A DNA stretch of 64,000 nt, taken from assembly GCA_049512075.1 (NCBI GenBank), contig JBEKXL010000001.1:1-64000 (forward strand). Direction: 5' to 3'. Shown here one piece after another: positions 38,747 to 48,255 of the stretch (within the stretch, counting starts at the first letter, position 1; the number at the start of each line of letters is the position of its first letter). A program made the position numbers and the translations under genes. The notes beneath the pieces were generated by a model. That model saw nothing but the letters and a program-made list of their open reading frames with translations. It was not told where the DNA came from and did not search any database. Source of the DNA: Candidatus Bathyarchaeia archaeon. GTDB taxonomy: Archaea; Thermoproteota; Bathyarchaeia; Bathyarchaeales; Bathycorpusculaceae.

Positions 38747-39394
38747 TTATAAGAACCGATTGGCCAAGCCTTTCACTCTGTTGAGAAACTCTTCCTTTTC
38801 TCTTTCGACCTCTTCCATTCTTTTCGACAGAAACTCGAGTTCCTCGGATATTTCCTCGAGCCACTGTTCCATCGCCAAGCTGCACTCTTTGTCGGTCATT
38901 TTTGAGAGGTATTTTGAGACATCTTGGGCCGCATTCTTCTCTAGCGAGTGTAGGGGATAGTTGATTTCCTGAAACTTTGAGAATGGAAAGAAGTGCCTAG
39001 TTGAGCGTGGTTCCATGAGGTGGCCACTCATCCCAGCTGAAATAACTTGTTCGATGGTTATTTCCTTGTCCACGCCTTCTGTGTATCGGTGTATTCTCCT
39101 TTTTCCAACGTGTATCTTCTGGTTCTTGAAGACATCGACGAGAATGACTGGTATCAGCTCGTAGCCAAGGCTCTTCAGTGCGAGCCAGCGGTGCATCCCG
39201 TCCAAGATGACATGGGTCTGTTCATCGGCTATTATCGGATGCTTAAGCACATTATCCTTGAGGATTTCTTTTCTCAAGAGCTCAAGGTACAGCGGGGAAC
39301 CTTTTTCATGCGGCTTGAGCTGGTCAACTCGCAGCAAGGTCACTCTTGCATCGGTGTTGTCGACCTTCAAAACTGTGGATGTCGCATGATTCAC
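38747..39394 (-). CDS. ParB/Srx-fold protein, SerK/SbnI free-serine-kinase-like, with C-terminal coiled coil
   Basis: LKPHE, PIIAD, ILDGMHRW and PRSTRH motifs. Confidence 0.7.
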   Translation of the reverse strand: MNHATSTVLKVDNTDARVTLLRVDQLKPHEKGSPLYLELLRKEILKDNVLKHPIIADEQTHVILDGMHRWLALKSLGYELIPVILVDVFKNQKIHVGKRRIHRYTEGVDKEITIEQVISAGMSGHLMEPRSTRHFFPFSKFQEINYPLHSLEKNAAQDVSKYLSKMTDKECSLAMEQWLEEISEELEFLSKRMEEVEREKEEFLNRVKGLANRFL

Positions 39395-39397
39395 CTT

Positions 39398-40759
39398 TTA
39401 GTGGCTGAACGTCGGAACTTCGATTTTTTCGGGCTCGTACTCTACGAGTTTGCCCGAGAGGTATTGTTCGTAGGCTGATAGATCGAGGAGGCCGTGTCCG
39501 CTGTAGTTCATGGCGATGACTTTTTTTTCGCCTGTCTTTCTGCATTTCAAAGCCTCGTCCATCACGAACTTCAGGCTGTGGGCGGTTTCGGGAGCCGCTA
39601 TCATACCCTCCGTTTGAGCTAGAAGTTCGGCAGCCTCGAAGACCTCGGTTTGGTTGTAAGCCACTGAACGGGCGTACCCTTTATGAATCAGGTAGGAAAT
39701 GAGCGGTGACATACCGTGGTACCTTAGGCCCCCCGCATGGACTGGTGGACAGGCGTAGTCGTGCCCTATCGTCAGCATTTTGATGAGCGGAGTCATCTTG
39801 GCGGTGTCTCCATAATCGTAGGTGTAGACCCCTCGGGTTGTGTGTGGAACGGCTTTGGATTCACAAGCAACAAATTCTGTGTTCGTTTTTCCTTTGAGCT
39901 TGTCCACCATGAAAGGGAAACAGAAACCGCCGTAGTTGGAGCCGCCTCCTATGCAGCCGCAGACGACATCCGGGGCCACGTCTATGTGTTCAAACTGTTT
40001 CTTTGCTTCCAACCCAATTATGGTCTGGTGCATCAGAACATGGTTTAGGACAGAGCCCAGAGAATAACGGGTGCCTTCGTGTGTAAGCGTGTCTTCGATG
40101 GCTTCGCTTATGGCGATGCCGAGTGTTCCAGGATGATTTGGATTCTCTTTCAGCAGCTTCCTGCCAAAAACTGTTTGATCGCTTGGTGACGGAAACATTT
40201 CGGCTCCGTACAACTGAGCCATCGTCCTTCTCCCAGGCTTGTTCTGATAACTCACGCGAACCATGTATATCCGACATTTGAGTCCGAAGAGCGAGGTTGC
40301 CAAAGCCAAGGCTGTGCCCCATTGCCCAGCCCCCGTCTCAGTCGCCAGCCTCTTGATTCCCTGCTTCATGTTGTAGTATGCCTGTGCAATGGCTGTGTTG
40401 GTTTTGTGGCTGCCTGCTGGGCTGAAGTTTTCACATTTGAAATAGATGTGGGCGGACGTCTTGAGGGATCTCTCGAATCTTCTGGCGCGGTAGAGTGGTG
40501 TTGGACGGGGCAGTCTCAGATACGCGTCAAGCACGTCGTCGGGTATCCTCACGAACCGTTCTGTTGACATTTCTTGTGCTACGAGTTCCTTTGCGAATAT
40601 TCTTTCAAGAACGTTAGGGCTTATCGGCTTTAGTGTTGTTGGGTCCAGTGGAGGGGGCAGAGGCTCTGGAAGATCCGCTTGGATGTTATACCAAGACGCG
40701 GGTATTTCATCAGGCTCTAACTGTGTTACACATTCTCTATTCTTGCTCATAGTTGTCAT
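39398..40759 (-). CDS. trpB2: Tryptophan synthase beta chain type 2
   Basis: IPASWYNI, RPTPLYRA, AGSHKTNTA, TETGAGQWG, GSVLNHV and HAGGLRYHG motifs; start ATG 40759 follows AGGAG. Confidence 0.93.
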   Translation of the reverse strand: MTTMSKNRECVTQLEPDEIPASWYNIQADLPEPLPPPLDPTTLKPISPNVLERIFAKELVAQEMSTERFVRIPDDVLDAYLRLPRPTPLYRARRFERSLKTSAHIYFKCENFSPAGSHKTNTAIAQAYYNMKQGIKRLATETGAGQWGTALALATSLFGLKCRIYMVRVSYQNKPGRRTMAQLYGAEMFPSPSDQTVFGRKLLKENPNHPGTLGIAISEAIEDTLTHEGTRYSLGSVLNHVLMHQTIIGLEAKKQFEHIDVAPDVVCGCIGGGSNYGGFCFPFMVDKLKGKTNTEFVACESKAVPHTTRGVYTYDYGDTAKMTPLIKMLTIGHDYACPPVHAGGLRYHGMSPLISYLIHKGYARSVAYNQTEVFEAAELLAQTEGMIAAPETAHSLKFVMDEALKCRKTGEKKVIAMNYSGHGLLDLSAYEQYLSGKLVEYEPEKIEVPTFSH

Positions 40760-40773
40760 TTCGGCTTCTCCTA

Positions 40774-40857
40774 TGTACATTTGTGTTCGTTTGTGTATGT
40801 TAATGGTCTAACTAGTATACAGGAACATATTTATACTTTATTGCACGGAAATGTACA
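40774..40857. promoter_or_regulatory. Divergent promoter region with two TGTACA (TRP-box-like) palindromes
   Basis: ATGTACAT at 40773-40780 and 40851-40858; variant TATACA at 40816-40821; lies between trpB2 and a TrpY-like gene. Confidence 0.65.
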
Positions 40858-40873
40858 TTAAGGAAACCGTAAC

Positions 40874-41377
40874 ATGTGGAACAACGCTAAAAGATATTTT
40901 GAGGGTCATCCAGAAAGGCTTAAGGTAGCTCGTGTACTGATAGAAAGCGGGCTGGCCGTGAGAAACAGGAAAATCTATCTTAACGAAATTGAAATTCCGC
41001 CTGTCCGAGTTGCACGGGCTGCCGGAGTGGATAGGCGAACAGTCGTAGAGACGTTGAAGGCCATTGGATCTGACCGTGAACTTCGATCGATATTTGAAGA
41101 CATAAGGCCCGCTGGGCATTCGCTAAGGGAAATTGCCAAGCATCTGAACCTCGGTGTGGTTGAAATAACACCCGTGGACGCCAAGACCCCGGGCATATTA
41201 GCAGGGTCTGCCATGATTTTGGCAAAGAATGGCCTGAGCATTAGACAGGCAATCGTTGACGACCCGGAACTTTCACCGGAACCCAAACTCACGTTGATTG
41301 TTGAGAAAAAAATCCCTGGAGAACTCATTCCAGAACTACTGAACGTAAAAGGAGTGGCCAAGGTTTCAATCTACTAG
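40874..41377 (+). CDS. COG2150 HTH plus ACT regulator, TrpY-like
   Basis: VARAAGVDRRTV HTH; PGILA..LSIRQAIVDDPEL ACT domain. Confidence 0.85.
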   Translation: MWNNAKRYFEGHPERLKVARVLIESGLAVRNRKIYLNEIEIPPVRVARAAGVDRRTVVETLKAIGSDRELRSIFEDIRPAGHSLREIAKHLNLGVVEITPVDAKTPGILAGSAMILAKNGLSIRQAIVDDPELSPEPKLTLIVEKKIPGELIPELLNVKGVAKVSIY

Positions 41378-41536
41378 ATGGCCAACAGTGATACCCTCAA
41401 AGTTACGGATTTGAGCACACTTCGCGTTGCCAAGCTTTCGCAGGGTCTAGACATCAAAAACGTACGTTCTTGACAGAAAGGATAATAGAGAACTTCAAGC
41501 GCAGTTTATTCATTCATAGTCACGGACGGCTGACTG

Positions 41537-43537
41537 ATGACCAGAATTGGCGTGTACGTTTGCCACTGCGGCCTGAACATCGCCGGAGTCGTTGACGTGG
41601 AAAAGGTTGCCGAATACGCCAAAACCTTGCCAGACGTCGTCGTATCCGAGCATTATACTTACATGTGTTCTGAACCTGGACAACGCATGATTCAGGAGGG
41701 TATAAGGAACAAAAAGCTTGACAGGATCGTCATCGCAACGTGCTCGCCTCGAATGCACGAAGAAACGTTCCGGAGAGCAGTTGCGGAAGCTGGACTTAAC
41801 CCATATCTGACGGAAATAGTCAACCTGCGAGAGCAAGTTTCTTGGGCGCACACTCATGAACCTGAAAAGGCGACGGAAAAAGCTAAAGCGCTTGTTAGGA
41901 TGGGAGTGGCCCGCTCTCGACTCTTAGAACCGCTTGAAAAACGCAGAGTGAGCGTTGAGAAAAGCGTCTTGGTTGTGGGCGGAGGAATCGCGGGCATACA
42001 GGCCTCGTTGGACCTCGCTAACGCAGGGTTTCCTGTCTACCTTGTAGAGAAAGCCCCAAGCATCGGCGGACGCATGGCACAGCTGGACAAAACCTTCCCA
42101 ACTCTCGATTGCAGCGCGTGCATACTGACGCCTAAAATGGTTGATGTAGCCAAAAATCCGAACATCACAATGCTGACAAACGCTGAGGTCACCGACGTGA
42201 AGGGCTTTGTCGGCAACTACGAAGCTACAATCCTCAAGAAGCCGAGATACGTGGACGAAAAAAGATGCGTGGGCTGTGAACTGTGCGCGCAAGTGTGTCC
42301 AGTCAAAGTTCCAGACAGGTTTAACGAAAACTTGACACAAAAACGTGCCATATCCATCTACTCGCCGCATGCCGTGCCTAATATCGCCATAATCAACCCG
42401 GGCTACTGCCTCAGACTGAAGTATAACAAGGGCGTTTGCGGCAAGTGCCAAGAGGCATGCGAAGCTAAGGCCATAAACTTCGAGCAGCAACCTGAAACGA
42501 TCCAGGTAAAAGTGGGCGGCGTGGTCCTGGCTGTAGGTTCCGAGGTTTTCAACGCCTTGCAAATGACGGAACTCGGTTATGGACGCTTCAAGAACGTGAT
42601 TTCGAACATCGAGTTTGAAAGGATTTCAGACGCGTCTGGACCGACAGGAGGCAAAATCCTCTCTCCGAAGAACGGTAAGACACCCAAGACAGTTGTTTTC
42701 ATCCAGTGTGTGGGCTCTCGAGACAAGCGTTTCCACGAGTACTGTTGCCGAGTCGGCTGCATGGTAACCCTGAAACAAGCGATTCTGGCGAGAGAGAAAA
42801 TCCATGAAAACGTGAAGATATACGTCTGTTACATCGACATGCGAGCCTTCGGCAAGGGCTACGACGAGTTCTACAGACGCGCAAGGGACATGGACATAGA
42901 CTTTATCGCGGGCTTACCCTCTGAGATCCACGAGTCGCCAGACGGTTCACTCTACTTCGACGTCTACGACAAGGGAACAAACAAGCTCTTGCAGATACGC
43001 ACAGACCTGGTTGTTCTTGGAACAGGACTTGTCCCGAACGAAGATCTAGCAGACATCAGCGCACTGCTCCACGCTTCAAGGAGCGCAGACGGTTTTCTGT
43101 TGGAGGCACATCCGAAACTGAAACCACTCGAAAGCGCCGTGGCAGGCGTCTTTCTGGCAGGCGCATGTCAGGGACCCAAGGACATACCGGACACGGTGGC
43201 ACAGGCAAGCGGAGCCGCGGCGAAAGCCTTGGACCTGCTCTCACACGGTGAGATTGAGCTTGAACCCTTGAAAGCCATAGTCGACGAAGACCTGTGCAGC
43301 GGATGCAAAATTTGTACGTCAATTTGCCCATTCCTGGCAATAGAAATGAAAACTGATATCATCGAAGGAAAAGAGAGGGCCAGAGCGGAGGTTATCGAAG
43401 CCGTGTGCCAGGGTTGCGGTCTTTGCAGTTCAGCGTGCCCGACCGGCGCCATAAAAATACAGCAATACAACAACAAACAAGTAATGACCCAAGTTGAGGC
43501 AGCCTTGGCTGAGACCTGCGCTGAAGGGGGAAAATGA
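41537..43537 (+). CDS. hdrA: Heterodisulfide reductase subunit A (FAD, Fe-S)
   Basis: RIGVYVCHCG, CSPRMHE, GGGIAG, KTFPTLDCSAC, CVGSRD, AHPKL and ferredoxin motifs. Confidence 0.95.
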   Translation: MTRIGVYVCHCGLNIAGVVDVEKVAEYAKTLPDVVVSEHYTYMCSEPGQRMIQEGIRNKKLDRIVIATCSPRMHEETFRRAVAEAGLNPYLTEIVNLREQVSWAHTHEPEKATEKAKALVRMGVARSRLLEPLEKRRVSVEKSVLVVGGGIAGIQASLDLANAGFPVYLVEKAPSIGGRMAQLDKTFPTLDCSACILTPKMVDVAKNPNITMLTNAEVTDVKGFVGNYEATILKKPRYVDEKRCVGCELCAQVCPVKVPDRFNENLTQKRAISIYSPHAVPNIAIINPGYCLRLKYNKGVCGKCQEACEAKAINFEQQPETIQVKVGGVVLAVGSEVFNALQMTELGYGRFKNVISNIEFERISDASGPTGGKILSPKNGKTPKTVVFIQCVGSRDKRFHEYCCRVGCMVTLKQAILAREKIHENVKIYVCYIDMRAFGKGYDEFYRRARDMDIDFIAGLPSEIHESPDGSLYFDVYDKGTNKLLQIRTDLVVLGTGLVPNEDLADISALLHASRSADGFLLEAHPKLKPLESAVAGVFLAGACQGPKDIPDTVAQASGAAAKALDLLSHGEIELEPLKAIVDEDLCSGCKICTSICPFLAIEMKTDIIEGKERARAEVIEAVCQGCGLCSSACPTGAIKIQQYNNKQVMTQVEAALAETCAEGGK

Positions 43538-43538
43538 A

Positions 43539-44054
43539 TTGGGCCTCTCCGATTTGATGTCGATGGCTAAACCCAACATCGAAGCACGAGACAAAATCCT
43601 GGCCAGGATCGGCGGGAAAGAACTCGTGAACTGTTTTCAGTGTATAAAATGCACGAGCGGATGCACCGCTTTGAAGCTTCTGGAACTGAAGCCACATGAA
43701 ATAATAAAACTCGTGAACCTGGGCTTCGTGGACGAACTACCTTCTTCGGACATAATCTGGACGTGCGTAACCTGCCTGAAATGTGTACAGAGATGCCCCC
43801 AGAAAGCCTCGCCCTACCACGTGATAATAGCTCTGAGAAACCTTGCTGTTGAAAAGGAAGCAAAGGTGCCAGAGGGGTATTTGAAGGCAGTTTCACAGAT
43901 ACTGGAAACCGGACAAGTGGACACCTACCAGAAAATCGTGACTAGGAAGATGGAGACTGTTGACCGCGAATGCCTGAAACTTCCCAAGATATGCCCGCCG
44001 AAAGAAAGCTTTCAGGTTGTCTTCATGAAGGCAATGGAGGAAAAGACAACTTGA
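43539..44054 (+). CDS. hdrC: Heterodisulfide reductase subunit C
   Basis: CFQCIKCTSGC and IWTCVTCLKCVQRCP. Confidence 0.9.
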   Translation: MGLSDLMSMAKPNIEARDKILARIGGKELVNCFQCIKCTSGCTALKLLELKPHEIIKLVNLGFVDELPSSDIIWTCVTCLKCVQRCPQKASPYHVIIALRNLAVEKEAKVPEGYLKAVSQILETGQVDTYQKIVTRKMETVDRECLKLPKICPPKESFQVVFMKAMEEKTT

Positions 44055-44926
44055 AGACGGCGGTTTTCTGGGGTTGCTGCATACTAACAAGCCAGTACGC
44101 CTATGAGATGTCGCTCCGTCAAGTTCTACCCAAGTTTGACATCGAACTGGTTGATCTTCCTGAGGCCATCTGCTGCGGCGATCCTATCAAAAGCGTCAAC
44201 GACTTCTCGGCCAACTATCTTGCAGCAAGGGCCCTATCCTTGGCAAACTTGACGGGATTAGAAAACCTGCTCGTTCCGTGCAACCGCTGCCACTTCACAA
44301 TCTCTGAAGCAAAGAAAACAATACAGAACAACACCAAGATAGGTCAAAAGATCGTGGGTTTGCTGAAGGAGGAAGGCTTGGAGTATAACCCGAACATCAA
44401 GATGTGGCACACTATCGATCTTTTGCACGATTATGTTGGACTCAAAAGAATCAAAAAAGCCGTGATCAAACCTCTTAAAGGTTTGAAAGTGGCGAGCCAC
44501 GTCGGCTGCCAGATCATCCGGTACACTGACCTCGGAAGGGTTGACGATGCTGAAAACCCGAAGAAACTGGACGAGTTGATAAGTGCTTTGGGCGCGGAGG
44601 CCGTCGACTACCCTGAGAAACTCGACTGTTGCGGGGCAGCTCTGACACGAAGCCACCCTGACTCTGCACTTTCGCTTGCAGGCTCGAAACTGAAAGCCGT
44701 GCAGAATCTCCCAGCGGACGGAATGGTCGTCTCCTGCCCAGAATGTCAGCTAATGTTCGATGCGAAGCAGAAGGACGCGGGAACAACTGTCGGAGCAAAG
44801 CTCAACGTTCCAGTGGTCTATTACACACAGCTGCTCGGTCTGGCCCTAGGTATCGACGAGAAGAAGCTTGGCTTGGAATTGAACCAAAGCCCCGTGGACC
44901 AACTTCAGGCCAAGATTTGCGTCTAG
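44051..44926 (+). CDS. hdrB: Heterodisulfide reductase subunit B (two CCG domains)
   Basis: WGC, CCG, PCNRC, HVGC, DCCG, SCPECQLMFD and YYTQLLGLA motifs. Confidence 0.92.
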   Translation: MKTAVFWGCCILTSQYAYEMSLRQVLPKFDIELVDLPEAICCGDPIKSVNDFSANYLAARALSLANLTGLENLLVPCNRCHFTISEAKKTIQNNTKIGQKIVGLLKEEGLEYNPNIKMWHTIDLLHDYVGLKRIKKAVIKPLKGLKVASHVGCQIIRYTDLGRVDDAENPKKLDELISALGAEAVDYPEKLDCCGAALTRSHPDSALSLAGSKLKAVQNLPADGMVVSCPECQLMFDAKQKDAGTTVGAKLNVPVVYYTQLLGLALGIDEKKLGLELNQSPVDQLQAKICV

Positions 44927-44983
44927 AGGCCCAAACAACTTTTATGCCAGTAGCTCCAAACTCCTTTCTAAAAGGTGGACAAT

Positions 44984-46201
44984 ATGGTAGATTTCAGTTT
45001 CACAGAGGAACAGGAGCTTTTCCGTAAGGCCGTGCGTGAATGGTGCGAGAAGAACCTGCCGATGGAAAAAATCAGGGAAATGGATACTCAGGGCCGGATT
45101 CCGCAGGAACTGCTTCGAAGCATGGGTGAAATGGGACTGCTCATCATGACCGCCCCACAGGAACACGGTGGAACTGGCGCAGACTGGGTTACGGCTTGCA
45201 TTGCCGCGGAGGAACTGGGCTACGCGGACGTAAGCATCGCGTTGCCTGTGCTTTGGCTTGTAGAGTCATCGTGGGGCTACGTCGTTGACAGATACGCCAG
45301 CGAACAAGTGCGTGAAGCGGTAATTCGGAAGGCGATAAGAGGCGACGCATTCATAGGAATAGGCTCGACAGAAGCAGGAGGAGGCTCAGACGTTGCAGGC
45401 TTCAAATCAACGGCGAAAAAACAGGGAAACGACTGGATTCTCAACGGCGAAAAGACTTACATCAGCGGCACTGAAGAAGCAAAGACGCTGGGCGGAGGCT
45501 ACTTCGTCATTGCACGAAGCTCACCCGCACCTCCAGAAGCTTCACACCGTGGAATGACCGGCTTCTACGTTCCGATGAACGCGCCGGGAGTTGAAATCAA
45601 CAAACGGTACGAAGACATGGGCAGAATGGCAATCTCAACCGGCGGCTTCTTGATGAAAAACGTTAAGGTGCCAGACTCGTACAGGCTGGGAGAAGTGGAC
45701 AAGGGTTTCTACTTAACGATGGAAGGTTTCGACACTGCGCGCATATTGATATCAGCCGTGTGCACGGGTGCAGCGAGACGTGCCCTGGACATAGGAACAG
45801 AGTACGTGAAAGCAAGGAAAGCCTTCGGAAGGCCTATCGGCAAATTCCAAGGCATACAGTTTGAGATGGCAGACGACTGGGCGCATCTGGAAGCTTTAAG
45901 GTCATTGACTTTCCGCACTGCATGGATGATGGACATGCGCTACAAAGAGAACAAGTTCACGCCGCTCGAAGTGACTAAGTTGATCGCTGCCTGCAAACTC
46001 CTCGCCCCACATCTAGCTTTTGACATCTACAAGCACGCGATGATTTGGCTCGGAGCCTACGGATACACTAAAGAGTGCCCGTTAGAGATGGGTCTGCGAG
46101 GCGTAATGTCCTACTGCGTGGGCGCTGAGGGAGCGACCAACATTCAAAGAACAGTCATAGCCAGAGAACTACTCGGCAAAGACTTCATAGCCTACAAGTA
46201 G
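44984..46201 (+). CDS. Acyl-CoA dehydrogenase
   Basis: TEAGGGSD, LNGEKTYIS, RKAFGRPIGKFQ, GAYGY and AEGATNIQR motifs. Confidence 0.93.
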   Translation: MVDFSFTEEQELFRKAVREWCEKNLPMEKIREMDTQGRIPQELLRSMGEMGLLIMTAPQEHGGTGADWVTACIAAEELGYADVSIALPVLWLVESSWGYVVDRYASEQVREAVIRKAIRGDAFIGIGSTEAGGGSDVAGFKSTAKKQGNDWILNGEKTYISGTEEAKTLGGGYFVIARSSPAPPEASHRGMTGFYVPMNAPGVEINKRYEDMGRMAISTGGFLMKNVKVPDSYRLGEVDKGFYLTMEGFDTARILISAVCTGAARRALDIGTEYVKARKAFGRPIGKFQGIQFEMADDWAHLEALRSLTFRTAWMMDMRYKENKFTPLEVTKLIAACKLLAPHLAFDIYKHAMIWLGAYGYTKECPLEMGLRGVMSYCVGAEGATNIQRTVIARELLGKDFIAYK

Positions 46202-46245
46202 GCTAACTTCCCGCCTTTATTCACTCTATGCCAAGCAAGAAAGAA

Positions 46246-47220
46246 CTATTGGAGATGTTTTTTCAGGGCTTCCTTCAGCGCCGGTAGAACTTCGTACATG
46301 TTGCCAACGACTCCGTAGTCCGCTATTTCGAATATTGGTGCTTCGGGATCTTTGTTGATGGCCACTATTACTTTGGCATCGCGTATTCCAGCCACGTGCT
46401 GGATGACCCCTGAAACTCCTGAGGCTATGTATAGTTTGGGTTTGACCTTGTGTCCTGAAAGCCCGATCCATTCTGAGAACCACTTCCTGTCTTCTACCAA
46501 TGGTCTTGAGCAGCCCACTTGGCCGCCCAGAACCTCTGCCAACTCCTTCAACAATGTAATGTCATCTTTTTTTTCTAAACCTCTTCCACAGCTGACTATC
46601 ACTTCAGCTTCTTCAACCCTTTCACTGGAAGTTTCAAGCGGTTTTCTCTCGACAACCTCAACTTTCGGCAGTTCAATCTTGACGTCTACTTCCACAACTT
46701 CCCCTTTGCGCTCTTGTGGGGTTGCCTTTTCAAATGCCCTTGCTGGTACGGTCACTATCTGCGGCTTTGACTTGAAAGCCACCTTTGCCACGGCGTTTCC
46801 GCCGTAGGTTATCCTTTCGCCGATCAGCCTTCTGTCTTCGTCAACGCTAAGCTTGATGCAGTCAGGGACGCATCCGGCGTCAAGACGCGTCGCCAGTCTG
46901 GCAGCGAGAGGCTTTCCGTTTCTGGTCGATCCAACCATCAGGATTTCAGGGCGATATCGTACTGCCAGATTGTGCAAAACGCTCAGGTAGGGTTCGGTTT
47001 GGAAACGCTCCAAGGCAGGGTTGTCAACAAGAAAAACCTTATCTGCCCCGTATTTTATCAGATCGTTTGCTTTCTTCTGCGCGTTATTTCCAAACTGTAC
47101 AGCTGCAAGCTCCGTCTGCAATTTGTCTGCTAGCTCTCTGGCTCTTCCAAGCATTTCAAGGGTAAGGTCGTAGGCTTCTGAAAAGACGCAGATTCCACTG
47201 TGTTCGCTCACGATGCTCAC
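46246..47220 (-). CDS. etfA: Electron transfer flavoprotein alpha subunit
   Basis: VSCGRG, GCSRP, GLSGHKVKPKLY..GVSGVIQHVAG..AINKDPEAPIF. Confidence 0.95.
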   Translation of the reverse strand: MSIVSEHSGICVFSEAYDLTLEMLGRARELADKLQTELAAVQFGNNAQKKANDLIKYGADKVFLVDNPALERFQTEPYLSVLHNLAVRYRPEILMVGSTRNGKPLAARLATRLDAGCVPDCIKLSVDEDRRLIGERITYGGNAVAKVAFKSKPQIVTVPARAFEKATPQERKGEVVEVDVKIELPKVEVVERKPLETSSERVEEAEVIVSCGRGLEKKDDITLLKELAEVLGGQVGCSRPLVEDRKWFSEWIGLSGHKVKPKLYIASGVSGVIQHVAGIRDAKVIVAINKDPEAPIFEIADYGVVGNMYEVLPALKEALKKHLQ

Positions 47221-48014
47221 CTTCCGACAACTCCTTCTTGAATTAACGCCTTAGCCAGTTTTTCTGCTATTTCCTGCATTGTTTCACCCTTGATGATTAT
47301 CTTTTTCCTCTCCATTTTGGGCGCCAAGACTTCCAGCACTTCAATCTTCGAGGTGATTTTCTCCTTCTGCACACCAATGTCTGTCAGTGCCCACTTGACT
47401 ATTTCTTTCTTAGAGGCCTTCATTATCATCATAAGAGAAGGAATTCTCGGCTGATTTATCTCCCTCGTCACGGTTACGACGGCAGGCATTTTCGCCTTCA
47501 CAGTCTCGCTTGAGTCTTCAAGCGCTCTCTCCGCAACGATGGTGTCGCCTTCCACCGAAAGCTTCCTGACCGAGCTCATCTGGGGCAAACCTAGAAGTTC
47601 GGTCAACCTCGAACCTACGAGTCCAGAAAAACTGTCCAGAGAGGCATCACCGCCGAGAATCAGGTCAAATTCTCCGATTTTCCTCACTGCTTGAGCTAGA
47701 ATGTAAGCAGTGCCCGATGTGTCCACTGCCTGAACTGCAGGATCATTGACAAAGTAAGCCTTGTCGGCTCCCATTGCTAGAGCTTCGCGCAGAACTGCCT
47801 TAGCATCCTCTGAGTCGACAGTCAAAGTGAATATTTCGGTCCCGCCGAGTTTCTCCTTGATCTTTATCGCCTCTTCCAAGGCGTTTTTGTCAAAGTCGCT
47901 GATTTTTCTGGGCGCACCAGCGGTGATTAACTGTCTCGTCGCAGGATCAATTTTCAGTTGTGAGACATCGACTGCCTGTTTTAGGCAGACAATTATGCGT
48001 TTCAAATCATCCAA
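47217..48014 (-). CDS. etfB: Electron transfer flavoprotein beta subunit
   Basis: IVCLKQ, DKNALEEA, ALAMGAD and NQPRIPS motifs. Confidence 0.93.
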   Translation of the reverse strand: MDDLKRIIVCLKQAVDVSQLKIDPATRQLITAGAPRKISDFDKNALEEAIKIKEKLGGTEIFTLTVDSEDAKAVLREALAMGADKAYFVNDPAVQAVDTSGTAYILAQAVRKIGEFDLILGGDASLDSFSGLVGSRLTELLGLPQMSSVRKLSVEGDTIVAERALEDSSETVKAKMPAVVTVTREINQPRIPSLMMIMKASKKEIVKWALTDIGVQKEKITSKIEVLEVLAPKMERKKIIIKGETMQEIAEKLAKALIQEGVVGR

Positions 48015-48255
48015 CCTCTCGCAGTTAGCCTGAATCGGAGACTAGAAACTTGACATTTGAAATAAAAAAGTTTCGCCTCACGAGTCACAATTTGGCGCGA
48101 GCCGCCACTCAACAGGAAAAACGCATTTTACTCAAGCCTTCGTGGCTAATTTCGCTCTAGCGCCACACAGGCACAATGCGGGGAAAAGCTTGGATTTCAA
48201 TCTGCTGATCGCCGTCCGGCCTATTTCCAATTTGGCACTATTAAAACGAAAATAG

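Noticed and set aside
37715-38752. 345 aa plus-strand ORF
   Set aside because: Antisense shadow of the DegT aminotransferase with no protein-like motifs; the same applies to other long shadows such as 17105-17734, 41924-42562 and 51682-52293.
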